A stretch of DNA of 64,000 nucleotides from Takakia lepidozioides (lineage: Eukaryota; Plantae; Bryophyta): NCBI GenBank assembly GCA_030704615.1, contig CM060734.1, positions 52,266,001 through 52,330,000 on the forward strand, read 5' to 3'. How positions within the stretch are numbered: the first letter of the stretch is position 1; each line of letters starts with the position of its first letter. The notes under the pieces were generated by a model, which was given only the letters and a program-made list of their open reading frames with translations, was not told the origin of the DNA and did not search any database. This document shows, piece after piece, positions 11,436 through 25,751 of the stretch. The position numbers and the translations under genes are program-made.

Positions 11436-14400
11436 TTAACAGAAAGCTCTTAAGATAACACAACTTTTCTTAGTTGAAAGTTAAACGAGATTCTGACTTT
11501 ATCTGCTATTAAAAGTGGATAGAAGTAGAGGATGTCGGTGTCGGCCTGTGGCACACCTTGTTCCTATCATGACTCATTCATATCTCATTAATATCTTTTC
11601 TACCTGAGATGGTAACCAAAAAACAAACCAAAAATACCATTGGAAAGCACTTAATATGGCTTATCTTTTTGTAGTTGGAGAAATTTTCTAGTAGAGACAT
11701 CTACCTCTAGCAATGTAAGGATAAAACAAGTGGGCCCATCATGTAGTATTTTGTAGTTGGAACAAATTCCAGTAAAATTCATCTACCTAGGATAATTTGA
11801 GTGTAAAGTGATTTCATGAATGGTGTAGTGTAGTTCATTCCTCTTTGGGTAAGCTTGCTGGCCTATCATGGCGCACCCCACCTAACACGTTCCAAAAATG
11901 GGCATACTTTCTTGCACCATTGGTGCACTTTGAGCGCCACTATGGGGCACATGCGCCAAGAACGGTGCTTCTACCCTAGTACCTCCCAGTGTTGTTTTTC
12001 TTGGCAAAAAATCACCAAATGGCGACCTCAAAACATTAAAATAGAATATTCTGTCATAAATTCCCAATTTTTTCATGGATGAAATCGTCAAACTTCTACA
12101 AGGAAAAAAAAAGGATGAATTCGCCAAATGTGGATGATATAAATGGATGAAAGTACAGAGGAGGATGATGCTATCCAAATTTTCAATGCATGAACAGAAT
12201 ATATAGCTATTTCTTGTAGCCACTCTATTTAAGAAAAAAATCACTGTTACCTCCATAGTGCTATGGATTGCTTTGGGATTTGTGATATGTCGTTGAGGTA
12301 CAATTGAATGTGCAAGGGAGCCAAGGCCACCTGGGCACAAGAACATAAGTCAGCAAGCCTATTACCTGATTCCTTTAGGCCCCTACAAAACATTACCCGT
12401 CCTAAGGATCCGGTAAATGTTGGTGGATTACCCTTCATCAAGGGTCCGGGTATATATGAATAACCTTACCCGGATATATCTGGCATATCTGGCAGTTATA
12501 TCCTGGTAAATCGTATACGTACTCAACACTGGTAGATACACCAAGTCTTTGTACCAAAAGTATGTCCAAGCATAGTTGGGCAAATGGAAAGGAGTTCTAG
12601 GCAGCATGATAATAACTTCCAATGTGCTTAGAATTAAGTGCAGTGGGAAGTTGGAACTGAGAAAATATGAGAGATAAACTATTTATCAATTTACATAGAG
12701 AAGGGTCCATCCCAGTGCCCACGCCTTGAATTGAGATATTGGGACCTCTAGCTTTGCCCTCCTTCTCAACACTTGGATTATTATGTAGGTTTTGTCGATC
12801 GATATCCTGTGCTATGAGGGTGCAATTGCCATTGCCTATTCGGTATGCAGAATCTGCAGCCCTGTTAACCTGTTAACGCTAGGGAAAGGGTCGCTTAGGG
12901 CTGATTCTGCCAGGCGCCCCTACCTGAGCCGCCGCCTGATAAAAAGACAAGGGTGGGATAAGTTGGCAAAACCGTTGGTTAGAGTTGGTATCTATCCACT
13001 ATCTGAAAAGGTCAAGCCAAAATACCCACATGGACGTTGAGTTTTCCATTGAAGGCCCATGTCTAAAGTATCCACAACCGAATAAGCAACTTAGTCCAAT
13101 GAACAACCACAGCCACATTTGTGGTGTGTCATATAAGGCAGAAAGGATTATGGCGAGGTTACTATGAAAGAGGTTATTCTCTCCTCTCACGATAATTAAG
13201 GGGCCTAATTTGTGAGCGATCGCTGCCGGGTATTTCCCTTAGCCAGTGACCGAATAGGCAACGAACCGAATATTAAAGGACTTCGTTCCCTGGAAGTCGT
13301 ACATTCCAGCTTAATCTCCGAAGCGAGTTCCTAGACTTCTCAATTACCCTCAAATATTGGGAGGGGATGGGGGAGGGGGGAGAAAGAAAAAGAAAAGGGC
13401 AGTTAGGATCCTTACCATCCAAACAAAATGTATGATAAGAAGCTTGCATCACTAAGTAGTAATAGAGGTACTGTGACCAAGTCCTTGTTCTCATCAGCAG
13501 CCTGATGGGCCATTGGCCCCCGTTTTAACTGTCTTAAGGTACTCCTGCCCTCCAAGCAAGATTCACTGTGGGCCTGCCCAAAGTTGAAAGTGTCAGAGCT
13601 TTAATGACGCATGGGAAGGGTACGCTCCTCGTGTGCTCTTTAGAATCTGGCTAGCGTGTACGCCTCCAAGATGCATCAGCCTAGTGCGGAGATCAAGGCA
13701 GCAAGCAACTTGCGGTGAAGTGAAGTTTGGCAGAAGGAAAGGGGGATGTGGGACGGGACCGCTTCATCGTCATTGTTGGTTTGTGAGAGTAGTGGCTGGG
13801 ATGATGTGCACGTCCAGCTGCCACCGACTGCTAGCCAGTCATTTCATTCCATTTTAGTAGGTGAAGACGTGTATGGCAAGAGTGCGGTTGGGCTACAGGG
13901 AAAGCAACGTAGTTACTAGATACTTTGCTCTGGTTTGATTGCAGGGGAAGAAGACAATTCCTTAAAAGAAAATTTGGGTGGGTTTTGGGATTGTTTTTGG
14001 ATGTTTTAGACCTAGGGTATGAGTTTAAACATTCGTAATCAGTTACTTCCCTTGCTTCTTTGAGACTCAAACAAAACGGGCTCTCTTCCATGGAGAGAAG
14101 GAACAGGAAGGGAGAAGGGGCACAAGAGTTTTCATTTGCTCATGCTGATTTTCATGTACATGTCCTACTATTGCCTTTGAAACAGATTTCAGGATTTTGT
14201 CAGCTTCGAGTTGTGGGCATTGTCATCCATGTACAAGACTTGAGACGGATGCCCACCTATCCCTGCTGCTATCACCAACCTAAAATGTGGTAACTACCTA
14301 TAACCCTATGTCAGTAATACAATCATCACAACAGCTTGTTCGCATATATTTTGGGGAGTGGCAAACTTTGAACGAACATCAATGGTCAACTCTGTTGCAT

Positions 14401-14533
14401 TGCAAGCAAGATATATGGTGATGCTCAGTTATACTGCAGAAGTTGAACTATTGAACTTCAACATACATAGTTATGTTAAAGCTACTGTTGATATGAGGAA
14501 GAAGGGCACGGGCCACTCCATTCATGTGTGGCA

Positions 14534-17500
14534 CTACAAAAGCAGGTCATATAACACCTCCGGCTGCTTTCGATAAGGAGCGCATAACCTCTGAGTCCAC
14601 AACCAACCATACCATCAGCAGCCCAATTATGCAGCCCAATTTTGGGGTGTCCACACCACACTCCAAGCAAGATTCATTAGTATGAAATCAAAAGACTCCA
14701 TTAACACACAGTATGAGTGGAGTCATAACCATGGATTGCAAGAAGTAGCTTAACACATCATGACCACATAAAAGAGGTGAAACAAAGAGGAAAAGCAGAC
14801 CTCAATGACTGCAGCAAGCTGCAACAATGTGGCTTCTGACCATGGCCGGCCGATGAGTTGCAATCCTATGGGCAACCCTGATTCATCGTGCCCAATCTGC
14901 ATCATACCCACAACTCGTCAACACATGTTTGACAGACAATCAGACCACTTCCCCAGCTTCACAAAGTAAACTAGATGGTGTCATCCTTATCACATTTAAG
15001 AGTGCAACTTATATAGAATACCAAACAAGGGTTGAAATATGACTTGCTCTCAGACTGCAAAAGACAGATCAATACCGGTACCGAGATAGCAGGCAAGCCT
15101 AGAAAGTTGCCAGCAATTTGAAAGCGCATCAACTTGGCTGCAAACACACACAGCACAATACACTTCTGTTACTGATCTTCTACCTGTATTGACTAGATGG
15201 GCGCACACATGCACAATATTATTTTCATATAAGAGGTAAAACCATCTGCCAGAACATTCTTACTCACAAACATTGATCAGCCTACCTCCAATCCCATAGT
15301 TGAGCTCCCCACACTTCAGCGCATCCGACACAACTGACGGTGCTGTGGCTCTGCACATCATCATGAAAATTTTCAGTCACAGGCTGTACACTTAAGATTT
15401 CAACAAAAGCCCAGCAAGCAGAAGCGCTTACCCAGTAGTTGGTGTGACGATGACATTCGCTTTTTTGAAAATATCCATATGGTAATGCATCTGTCGAAAC
15501 CTGAACAAGTCACACGAAGTAAGCAATTGGCTGAAAGGGTGTGTGCACATTAGCCACCCCAAGGCTACACAACTGAGTAAACCAGTATTCTTATTTGCCA
15601 TCTCAGTTCTAATCAGATGATCAGATGGCCTACCAACATCCTTTAGCTCCCATACTCAAAAGCCCAAAAGCCATTACTTAACCCCAAACAGCTCCACACC
15701 AAGCTATCCAGGCATAAATGACTTTCAATGAAAATCCTAAAAGACGATGCTCGCCCAGACATAAACCTAGAACCTACATTGCGTTTGCAGGATAGTCTTC
15801 CTATCTTGTGCACTAAGAAGACCTAAACTTGTGAGTTGGTGCAAAACCTCATCCGCTGTGCAGAAATGAGTTCTCGATGAGAGAAGGAGTCGTAAAGTGC
15901 AAAGCCAACACGAACATCAGCCCCTGATGAATGCAATCCTCTGTCATTGCATTACATCCAATTTTTCAGTACTCACACCACTGGGGTCCAAAAAATCAGG
16001 CCGCTCCAATGCACAATCAAGGCAAACACTTGTCATATTAATGAGAGGCTTTTGTGACTTGAAGAGCATTTTCTAGCGCAACAGAGAAACCAAAGAGTAG
16101 GACCAAAGAAGGGCAGGCACAAGAGCAATCATACGATTGTTGGTAGTCAATGCCTAGTGATGTGGAGCATTCACTGCCTATGGTAATGAAATGTGCAAGA
16201 CGCATCTCCTCCAACTCTGGCACTGTCACTTCAAGCACCTGCATAAATCCCAACTTTCATTACACCTACACCACTTGACCTAAGGCCTTGCCTACCTCCT
16301 TGACCGCATACAAGTGCACATGTCCCACGGGCACAAGTGCGGCACCACTATGCTGCCTCCATTGCACGAAATATAGTAGTTGGCAAAGCGACTACAAAAC
16401 AAACAAGGAAAGATGCATCCTCGAAAATGTGGATAAGGCACAGGACAAACAGAAGGTGTACATGCCTCTTTCCAGGAAACGTACCTGCATTACGTGCAAA
16501 AGACATGCACTGATTAAGTTATGTCCAGACTGAAGCTTGCAGTATGGCATGGGGCAAGGGGTGCACACCTTACATCCATAGGCTTGCTGCAGCAGCTCTA
16601 GGGCACGATAACACGCACTTCTCACACCATCATCTGAGTCATCAAACCACTGCAACCCTCACTCCATTCCCCTCATGCTTTGTCAGGAAAAACAATAGAC
16701 CATGTAACTCACTGTAAGCATCTAAACCAGCTCCCTTGACGAGCATTGTGTTGAGCCAAGGGCGTAACTTCCTGGGACAACCAAATCCAGGTGTGCAGGA
16801 ACTCTACTGTGTACTTCAAAGATGGTTGTGCATGGTCATGATCAGGTTCTCAACCCACCTCTGTATATTTGGCAAGTTTTATGTCGCCAATTGCGTTTGA
16901 AAAACTTATTCCTTCAAGATCATTTAGTAAAGGAAGATTCGCTGGGGGCTGCCACAAGCAACCACACAATGCAGTCCCAAGTCACCACATGTCTTAAGCT
17001 GCATAGATTAAGATTACATCCTCGTGACATACAACAAGGGAGTTGAGACAAAGGCTGCTGAGTGTGAGTTATGCAGGTAACACTTACAGGCAAAGACACA
17101 ATGCAATCGCCTGGAAGATGTCCATGGATGGCTGCATACCTGCATTATCCCCTACACAAATTAACACCCTATCTGACATGCCAACCCAACTGCAACTACT
17201 TAGGTTCAGAGACATTACACATTGCACAGACTAAAGCTGAGGATTTTATCTCTACAAAAGTCAGCAAGTAATGCAAAACAGAGAAGAGGGCAAGGAAATT
17301 TTGTACTGACATGATGAGTGCATCCTCCACAGTGGCAGTAAGAGTGCCCAACATTCCTACTGTCCAGTTCAATGGAAGCAGTCTGCACGCAACCGTTCGC
17401 GGTTAGCCTTACTCTCAAACTCTTCCCTCCTAGCCAGTCAACTAAGATGTTTGAACTGAGTCAAAGCAACTAATGCACCCACCCAGCTGAAGTTGTACGA

Positions 17501-20500
17501 CCAAAGGTTTGCTTGAAACCCACTACACCACAAAGCCCTGCTGGCATTCGCACAGAACCTGCAACCCCCATGACATTCTTGTCAGTGTAACACTTGCCTC
17601 TTCAACCAGGTAGGGATAAAGCAGTGCACATCTGCTGTTTAACGTTCTTCCACCAACTCCAAAACCTCCCTTATATTCTGCATGGTTCAACCTTATCCAG
17701 CCCTCCATTAACTGACTGAGTTGTTAACAACATCCACCAAGTGCCAAACAATGTTACACACAATAACAGCACATCCCAGCCACTTCACAGAGAGATCTTT
17801 GATCCACTTGTAGACATCATGAAAGGCACACCTAATTACTGTCTCTGGCTGAGGTTTGCTCTGAAATGTCTGCCCAATCTGTTAAGGAACACAGCAGGGT
17901 AGAGAATAGGGGAAACACCTCCACCATCCACACCCAGTGCAGCAGGACAAAGGCCAGCAGCCACCGCAGCAGCAGAACCCCCTGATGACCCGCCCGAGCC
18001 CTTCTCCTTGTTATAAGGGTTACGTGTTGCCCTGCCACATTAGCCACCCCGGACTTACTCCAACTCTTGTATCACATATGTATCACCTGATAATTCAAAC
18101 TCAACAAACCCAGACTCAAACAGAAACCACAAGTAAATAGAGTTATTGAGAGTCACTTGGCAGGGTACTGGGATGCAAAACGACCGGAAAAGGAGCAACA
18201 TAACATGTGCCTGTAAAGATGGGCACACCTATTTGGTGTCCTTCACATGAGCTAATCTACAGGGCCCTCTTCTTGTGCTACAGGAGCTTCCCTAACGATG
18301 GAGCATGGAAAGTAAAGGAAAAGCAGAGGATGCTCCAGGTCAAAAATAGCTACCCATAGTGGGGATTAATGCCGGTGGTACCCATCCCGAGCTCGTGCAT
18401 GTTAGTTTTGCCGACCAAAACAGCACCACATTCGCGCAAACGCTTAATACACATAGCATCCTCCTTGACAACCCGTACCTTGTGCAGCCACTTTGTACCC
18501 CCTGCATGAATTTGGCCTCATTAACCTTTATATGAGGGCCCAGGTTCACTGTGTATAGACTGACTGTTGCAATGAAGGTACAAATGAACACCTTCACATC
18601 ACCAAGCATACCTGTGGTTGGATGAGGCAAACAGTCAATCTCGTCCTTCACTGCAATGGGCACTCCATCCAGTGGTGACAAAGGTGTGCCTGGCATCACA
18701 AAAACCACAATCATTGTAATGTGGGGTGCCTCTAACGTCTCTGATGCATAATCCACAAAATTAGAAACACCTGGTACAAATTTGGTACACTCCCTTAATT
18801 TCTGCTGCCACTCCATTTCACAAAATCCTACTCTGCCCCACATTCTCATTCCCACACAAGATCCTTCTCCAAATCCTGGCAGGTCATTTTGTTCCCTCTA
18901 CACTTCCATCCACCTTGTATGACTGCCCATGGGCCTTCATACTCACAGTTCAACTGTGCATGAGCATAAGGTGTGCATGTCAATATTTGGAACTCTCTTG
19001 GTCTCTCTCTCTCTTCCCCACCGAATCTATCGCCACAGGCCCAAGAACTGAAGACTGATGGGCAGACAAGTCTTCGTATTGTTCTCCCTTAGAAACAGGA
19101 ACAGACAGGAGTTCTATAAAGACCCTTCACAATGGTGGGATTGCAGCATTGAGAAGGTGAGTTTTCTTCATGTAGTTGCTTTGGCTGCTTGTGGCCCCTC
19201 TCCCTTTGGTTTTCTTGCTTCCTCTCGTCCCATAGGCCCTGAAATAACTTTTTTGTACAGACTGGATTTAACCTCAAATGATTTTTGGGAACTCATGATA
19301 GCTGGGTGCCTTGATGAACTCCCCAATTGAGGATAAGCATTATAGAAACATATTCAGTTGTGGCAGGATGACAGGTGGCTGTAACCCTAGTGTCAGGCAT
19401 CCTAAACGAAGGCCTCGAATTGAAGGGGGACGATCGTCTCCAAGGTTTTACCCCAACCAAACCATCTGCGTGTAAAGCAGCATTTCAGTATGCACTCTTA
19501 AACACTGAGAATGCCGGTAAGGGAGAAAGTCAGCCAAGGCAGAGGTGGAACAAGAAGGTAGCGGAGTCATGGTTGAGATGAAACTGGTACTGTAACTGTG
19601 CTAACAAGAGGCACACCTTTGCTATAGCGGGCAGTGGAAGCCGCTGCCTGGGCAAGGATATCCTGCAAATCCATGCTGATGAAGAGGCTCATACTCGGCA
19701 CCAGCTTATTTGACTCCTCTACAGCTGAGTAGAAGCGCTCTGCCACCTGCATGGTGCTCACCTTCAGTCCTATTCTAGGTTTGTCTGCAATATAGTACAT
19801 CATGTTGCGTACTAACCATTGTAGGAGTAAGTGTGCCACTGCTGTAGGCCTGTGCATAATCACGAATGGTCCAATGCCGAAATCCATGCTTATCGTCATT
19901 TCCATTATTTGTTTCTTTGCGTGCAAAAGGCGGCAGGCATTGTAGAGCTTCAGCCACGTGGGCTGCTGGAGATGTGTCTTCCTCCACTTGTCTCACCATG
20001 CTCCCTTGCTCCTCTGCTGCAAAACAGTGGCCCATCCTCGTTTTTGTTTTACCTTCAAACTACCAAAGCTACTGCTTGCAGTTTCATATGAATTGGCACG
20101 AGGGAGACTCACAGCTATAACTTGTAACACATATACTGCAGCGCCTTGCAAGAGAGGTATAGTTCTTCGGCCACCTGCTTACCGAAGTTATCTTCTTAAG
20201 GTCTACATGCCTCCAACCCAAACGAAATTGTATCTCCTTTCCACATTTATTTCCATCCAATATTGTAAAGACTTCCTCAGATTTTTTTGGTATAGTTCAA
20301 GGGGACTTTTTCAAGGTGGCATCACCAGTCAATCAGGAGGTGGAACATCGCGTTCCACCATGTGTCACAGGGTGGTACAGATCGTTCTTGTTCCACCCTG
20401 TATCCCTGGGGCCCAGGATGGAACGGTCCAATACAACTGTCTGATCAAATCAGGACGTAGGGACAAAAATCAGAGTAGGCTGTTATGGCAGCAGAAAGCA

Positions 20501-22295
20501 CCTGCCCTTGTTGCATATCTGGCACAAAGCCCTCACGCCACTGATTTTTGCTATACATAATTCAGGGACAAACCAATAGGAGCTCATGCAACAGGAAAGT
20601 AGAAGTAATACCAATTTCAATAGGATACTGTGGGATGTACATGGGCGGCTCCTGATAGCGCGTGCCTTCAAACACCTGTTCACCTCATCCTATGCATGAA
20701 TACCAAGAGTCTATGCCTTTGTACCATAGCTGTCCTCTTTCAAAGCATAACTGGCACCAAAGCAAATGCTTCTGGACAATTGTGGTCTCCCTTGCAATAT
20801 TTTCTCACAGATCTGCCAAAACTGTCAATGCACAATATCTAGTGGCTGCTGCAGTTGTGATCAGGGTACGGGAAACATGCATGTTCTTCACTCCTTGCCA
20901 CATTCACTGACATCAAAAGACTGACCAAAGATATACTTTTTGTCTTCCATGAATAAACTCAGCCACAACAAGTAGTCCTGGTCTGTCCTGGTCTGGATTT
21001 TCTTTCTTGCTTGAACATACATCCCCTTACATCAGTATAAGGCAATACCAGGGTTCCATGACATCTGTGTGGACCTTGGGCATGCCCACACTCTTTGCTG
21101 CTGCCAATATGTCCCTGACACATTTTGATTCACACCTAGAGCACTCTCTATGTGCGGCCACCCAGCCAATGCAGCTACCACTGCCAGATGTAGAGGTCTC
21201 ATTTTAAAACACACTTGAAGAGGATCTCTTTGCAGAGATAGCAGTGCAGAATCACCTTAGTAATAAGATTGTCCTTCTTCAACTTGGGCTTTAGAAAAGT
21301 CCCTATCAAGCTGGTCTCAAGAAGCCATGTGAAGCACCTCAGGGGGAACCCAGTCAAGCGGGGTGCTGCACCCCCACCCATTGCACCCAGTAAGTATCCA
21401 CAGCACTCTACATGTCCCACCAAGCCTCCTTGCCAACATCATCTGCAGGCTTGAGCCTTGGCTAGGGCAAAGGTGGTGTAACCTCTTCTCTATGAAGGAG
21501 GCAAACTACAGACTTGAAAAGACATATCCCAACTGTATAAGCAGAGATACCAAAGCAAGACAAGGTCAATTGCAGCTACGATCGTTTCTTCTTCCCAAGA
21601 TTCGACCTGTCTCTCCGTTATTTGCACTTCCAATTAAAATGCCTCGGTATCGTCCACAAGGGCCCACAGACTCTTCCCCCCAACGCGAGCAACCAAAGCA
21701 AGTCCCTCCTCTTTCTCTCTCGCAATTACCACAACTTAGTGTACAAGACATAAACGTACCAGTACCAACAGCAGGGTCTCTTACAGGAACGTTACAGGTT
21801 AAAAATGGTCTACAACTTACTCATAAGTGGGAAAAGTCCAAAACGGATTCTCTCTAGTCCAGAAACGTCTCACAACTGGTCTACAAACTCCCAAGTACAA
21901 CTTACTTAGCCACCACTTGGAAAAAAATCTCCCAGGTCCTTCTTATAATTACCCCGTGCACAAGGGCCTGAATACATCAATTTTGCTGTCTCGAGACTTC
22001 ACGCCTGCTCGTTTCCATCCCATTCTACTCACGGATGCACGTCTCAACTAGATTTTCCCCCATCAACGACTAACCATATTGCCCAGAAATCATATTGCCC
22101 AGAAAACCGGGTCCTGTATTGCCATTCATAGTCATTGCAAAGCACGGACTTGATTGACAAATGTGAGGAGAGGAGGGAGAGGAGAGAAGACCCAAAACTA
22201 CCTTTCACAATAACATGCATATACTCGGAACTACTGTCTTCGCAGGTGCTCATGAGCTCCCTAGGTCCGGATTCCATCTGTTTGTCTGCCCCCAT
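14534..22295 (-). CDS. FAAH: Fatty acid amide hydrolase (amidase signature family), multi-exon
   Basis: Predicted exon 1 22295-22202 (MGADKQ...IVK), exon 2 21365-21256 (APRLTG...KKDNLITK), later exons with PLSPLDGVPIAVKDEID, GKTNMHELG, RNPYN...GGSSGGSAAAV, GVDGGGSVRMPA, GNFLGLPAISVP and GLPIGLQLIGRPW, and last exon 14590-14534 (RLCAPYRKQPEVLYDLLL*). The Lys-Ser-Ser catalytic motifs are present and the introns checked are GT-AG. Confidence 0.93.
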
Positions 22296-24459
22296 CTCAA
22301 GCGCTTGCTCTCTCCACGCACCCCGATCGCTCCCAACTGCAATCAGCTCTGCTCAGAGCGCTGCACTCATACTGCCATGCCCGCTTTACAGTCGTGATGC
22401 GCACCTAGTCAAAACCAGAGCGCAGAGGCGTTCTGTCCCCGTCGGAGCCACCGTCGCTGCCTCGCACCACCAACCTGCTACCTACCTACCTACCTACCTA
22501 CGTCTCCGCTTGTCTGCCCCCCCGCGACGACGACCCCACTTTTCCCTTTTTCTCTTCTTTCTTCCTGTTTTCCACATTAATGCTGCACACATTCCTGCAT
22601 AAATAGATCTGGCATGCTAACCTTTTTTTTTTTTTTTTTTGGGGGGGCATTGAAAAGGGCAGCGCCCATTGCAAATTAACTTAAAAATAATAAAATTAAA
22701 TAAAATGAAAACGAAATTGAGAGCTTCAATGGGAGACTGCTCATATTCAATGACTAAAAATCCTTGCTAGGCTTTCCAATGGTTTTATTTTTTCCGTCAA
22801 GTAATTCCAAATAATGTTAGGCCTTTTTCTTTTTTTCTCTTTTTTTGATGGAAAAGGGGAGGAAGTCCATTTAAGCTTTCTTTTCTTTAAAGAGAAATAG
22901 TTGACCTTTCATAAGCAAAACGTGATATTTTCCAGGATTCTAGCCAAGAAAAACAGTGAGAAAGTCTTTACTTAATTAAATTTGTAATTAGGGTAAAGTG
23001 ATTAGTAGTAAGTAAGGCAGAGGTAAGCAGGGCGGTCGGTGCGCGGCGAAAAGTACGCGGCACGCCGCGCGCTCCGCACGCGCAGCGGGCAGCGCGTGCA
23101 CATCTTGAGGACAGATATAATATATTCATAAATTGTTTTGTTTTACTTTAAAATTCTAACGGGCAACCTCCCCTTTTCAAAGAAAGAAAAACTTCTTTTA
23201 TTTTTATTTTAAACAATTAAAGGAAACCTGGGAGCGACAGCCATTTTAGTTTATCTTTCTCCCAAGTGTTCTCACATAGCATTGACATTGGTGAATATTT
23301 CCTTTCTAAATGTGAGTAATGGTATGCTTCCTGTCGGTACGGAAATCCGATTCCATGTTTTTGCCCCAAGATTCGCCAGGAATGCGCTTGCTTTTGCACA
23401 GATCCGGGAAAACACATGGACTGGACTTGAACTTTACCTCTTCATGTTCCATGTGCGTCAATAAATTTCCATGTTTGCAGCGACTTGACACGGGTCGCTG
23501 ATATTTTTGATGGGAAAAGGGGAGGAAGGCCTTGCCAGAAGACATTACTGGGAATTATTTGAGGGGAAAAAATTAAGACCCTAAGGCACACAGGCTAAAT
23601 CAGTAGCAGCCGCGAAAGGAACCATTGCTACTGAGCTAAAGGCTTGTGCAATGTAATCTCAGCAATTTATCTGCTGAGATTGAATCCTGAGGGAGACTAC
23701 TCTGAGGAACTTGACAAGGCAATAGATAATTCGTTTGTCTCAGTGGTTGTGCAAGAAGTTATACACATAGTTGGTTCTCTTTGTTGTTTTTCTTTCTTTT
23801 TAAAAGTTGAACAGCTACCTGCCCCTGAGGGGGAAAATTTAACCCTCTTCCTGAGCAGAATTCAGAGGCTAACTTAGGCCCATGTGGTCAACCTCCTGAG
23901 AAGAAACAAAAAATATTACAACAAAAAAATCTCTTAAAAAGTAGAGAAAATGTGAATGAAATATTGGTATAAGAATATGTATATATATTAGTAAATGTTT
24001 GAGAACAAATAGCCCCACCTCATTCTTTTTCTTATGGAAATTTTTTGCTTTGCTGATCCCCAGCCTGTAGATCCGGAATGGGAATAAAAATGGACTATGT
24101 TTGACCAAAGGATTGAACCCTATCCATATGATAGGGCCTGAGGTTGCATATATAGAAAAACAGTTAGACAGCCGTTGTCTGACTTGCAGTAAGTTGAGGT
24201 GATTCAGTTTTATGACAACACTAATCATCAAACCAAATATATATCAAATTTTTGGGATGTATTCTAACTAAAGTAGCCCAACAAACCCTAATTCAATTCC
24301 CAAAGTGTTGGTGAAATTGTACTATAATACCCTATTTACTGTATGTTATGACTATGGGCCGGCTTTGAGCACTAATTGTCATAGTTATCCGAACTTAGCC
24401 AGAGTAATAATAACAGTTCTGAAAACTGAAATATAAAAATGTTTGGGCTTCATCCCCTT

Positions 24460-24496
<37 letters not shown>

Positions 24497-25751
24497 GTAT
24501 CTCTACATATCCTTACAAAAAACCCACATCATTGGTTATCTGTTTTTATGCACTGGTTCAATAGTGATAGAATTAGAATACTAATTAGTGAGAACAGTTA
24601 TTCCAAACGGCTTCCATACAAGCAAATTTTGACAACGATTGTTCTGGGCAACCACCTACCCTGATTGAATTGAGTCAGTGCATTCCGTAATGGACTGAAT
24701 GAGGCTTCCTCAAGGACGTGCTATCCAAGGCAGCTCTCACCTGTCAGCAGGCTCTTGGCTTGAGTCTTGACACATTTTACACGATATCACCACTGCTGCT
24801 GTGACAGATCGTGTAAATATTTAGAAGCCGCAGAGAAATGCCGATCTTGATTTTGTCTTCACATAGAAATTTTGACAAGGTTGCTGGGTTTTTGTCAGGG
24901 CATAATACACTCCAACAAAGCGGCTATGATCTAGTATACTATGTAACTGTGTGGACTCACGATTCAGTCTGTGAATTTCCTACATAATGATACTGGGGAG
25001 GCACTGAAATTCCTTGCTATAGATAGTGATTGAAGCATGGCATTCTTATCCAGTTTCCATCGGCTATATTGGAGGCTGGATCAAGCGTTGACATTCCATC
25101 GTTAGGCCGATTATATATATCTTGATGCTGTTTAATTTGAATGTCACTTTGTGTAGCGAATATAGGTGTACAATCACAACCACGATATGGCAAGTAATAA
25201 GACGGGGATTCTGGAGTGACAAATCGTGTGAATGTTTTGGGTTTTATTATTCTCTCTCCTCTTTCCCCGCATCTTCCAGGGAAACAGAACACATGCAATC
25301 CGTGGACTGACTAGAGTCCTGGTACAATGAGGATCTCGCAGCCGTCTATGCAGCCGAGAAAGTTGAATCTGCTCCACCACACCATCCAGGAGAAGCTTAA
25401 GATGATCCAGTTGACTGCAAAGACCCCTGAAAATATGCTTCTGATTATAGTAGCTCAACGCGCACCGACCTGTGGGCTTGAGTGACTCCGAGTCGTGTTC
25501 AAGTAAAGCGTGGATAAACTGATGCGTACGGTACTGGTAGTTGCAGTCCACTAATATTTTTGGCCCGCGCCTTGAATGCTCTGCCACGAGGAATCAGAGG
25601 CGCTGATTGACCCACAGCCATGTATGTCTCCTATGGCTCATGCCACCATCATGTATGGCCACCCCTGTGTGTCATGACCATGTATGACCATCATGTATGG
25701 CATCCCCCGTGCATGTCATGACCATGACAATATAGGACCATCATCAAAATT

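Noticed and set aside
12832-13262. Short inverted repeats TTGCCTATTCGGT / ACCGAATAGGCAA
   Set aside because: Probably an old MITE, but no TSD was found, so it was not called.
20183-20202. Possible 20-nt FAAH micro-exon (AG|ACCTTAAG...TTCG|GTAAG on the minus strand)
   Set aside because: The flanking exons already join in phase 1 without it and there is no independent support.
19958-20560. 200-aa plus-strand ORF and similar antisense ORFs over RPL10, WDR26 and the PPR gene
   Set aside because: Antisense shadows of real genes with no motifs.
23197-23560. Possible LINE 3' remnant on the minus strand with an A-rich tail
   Set aside because: No diagnostic motif survives.
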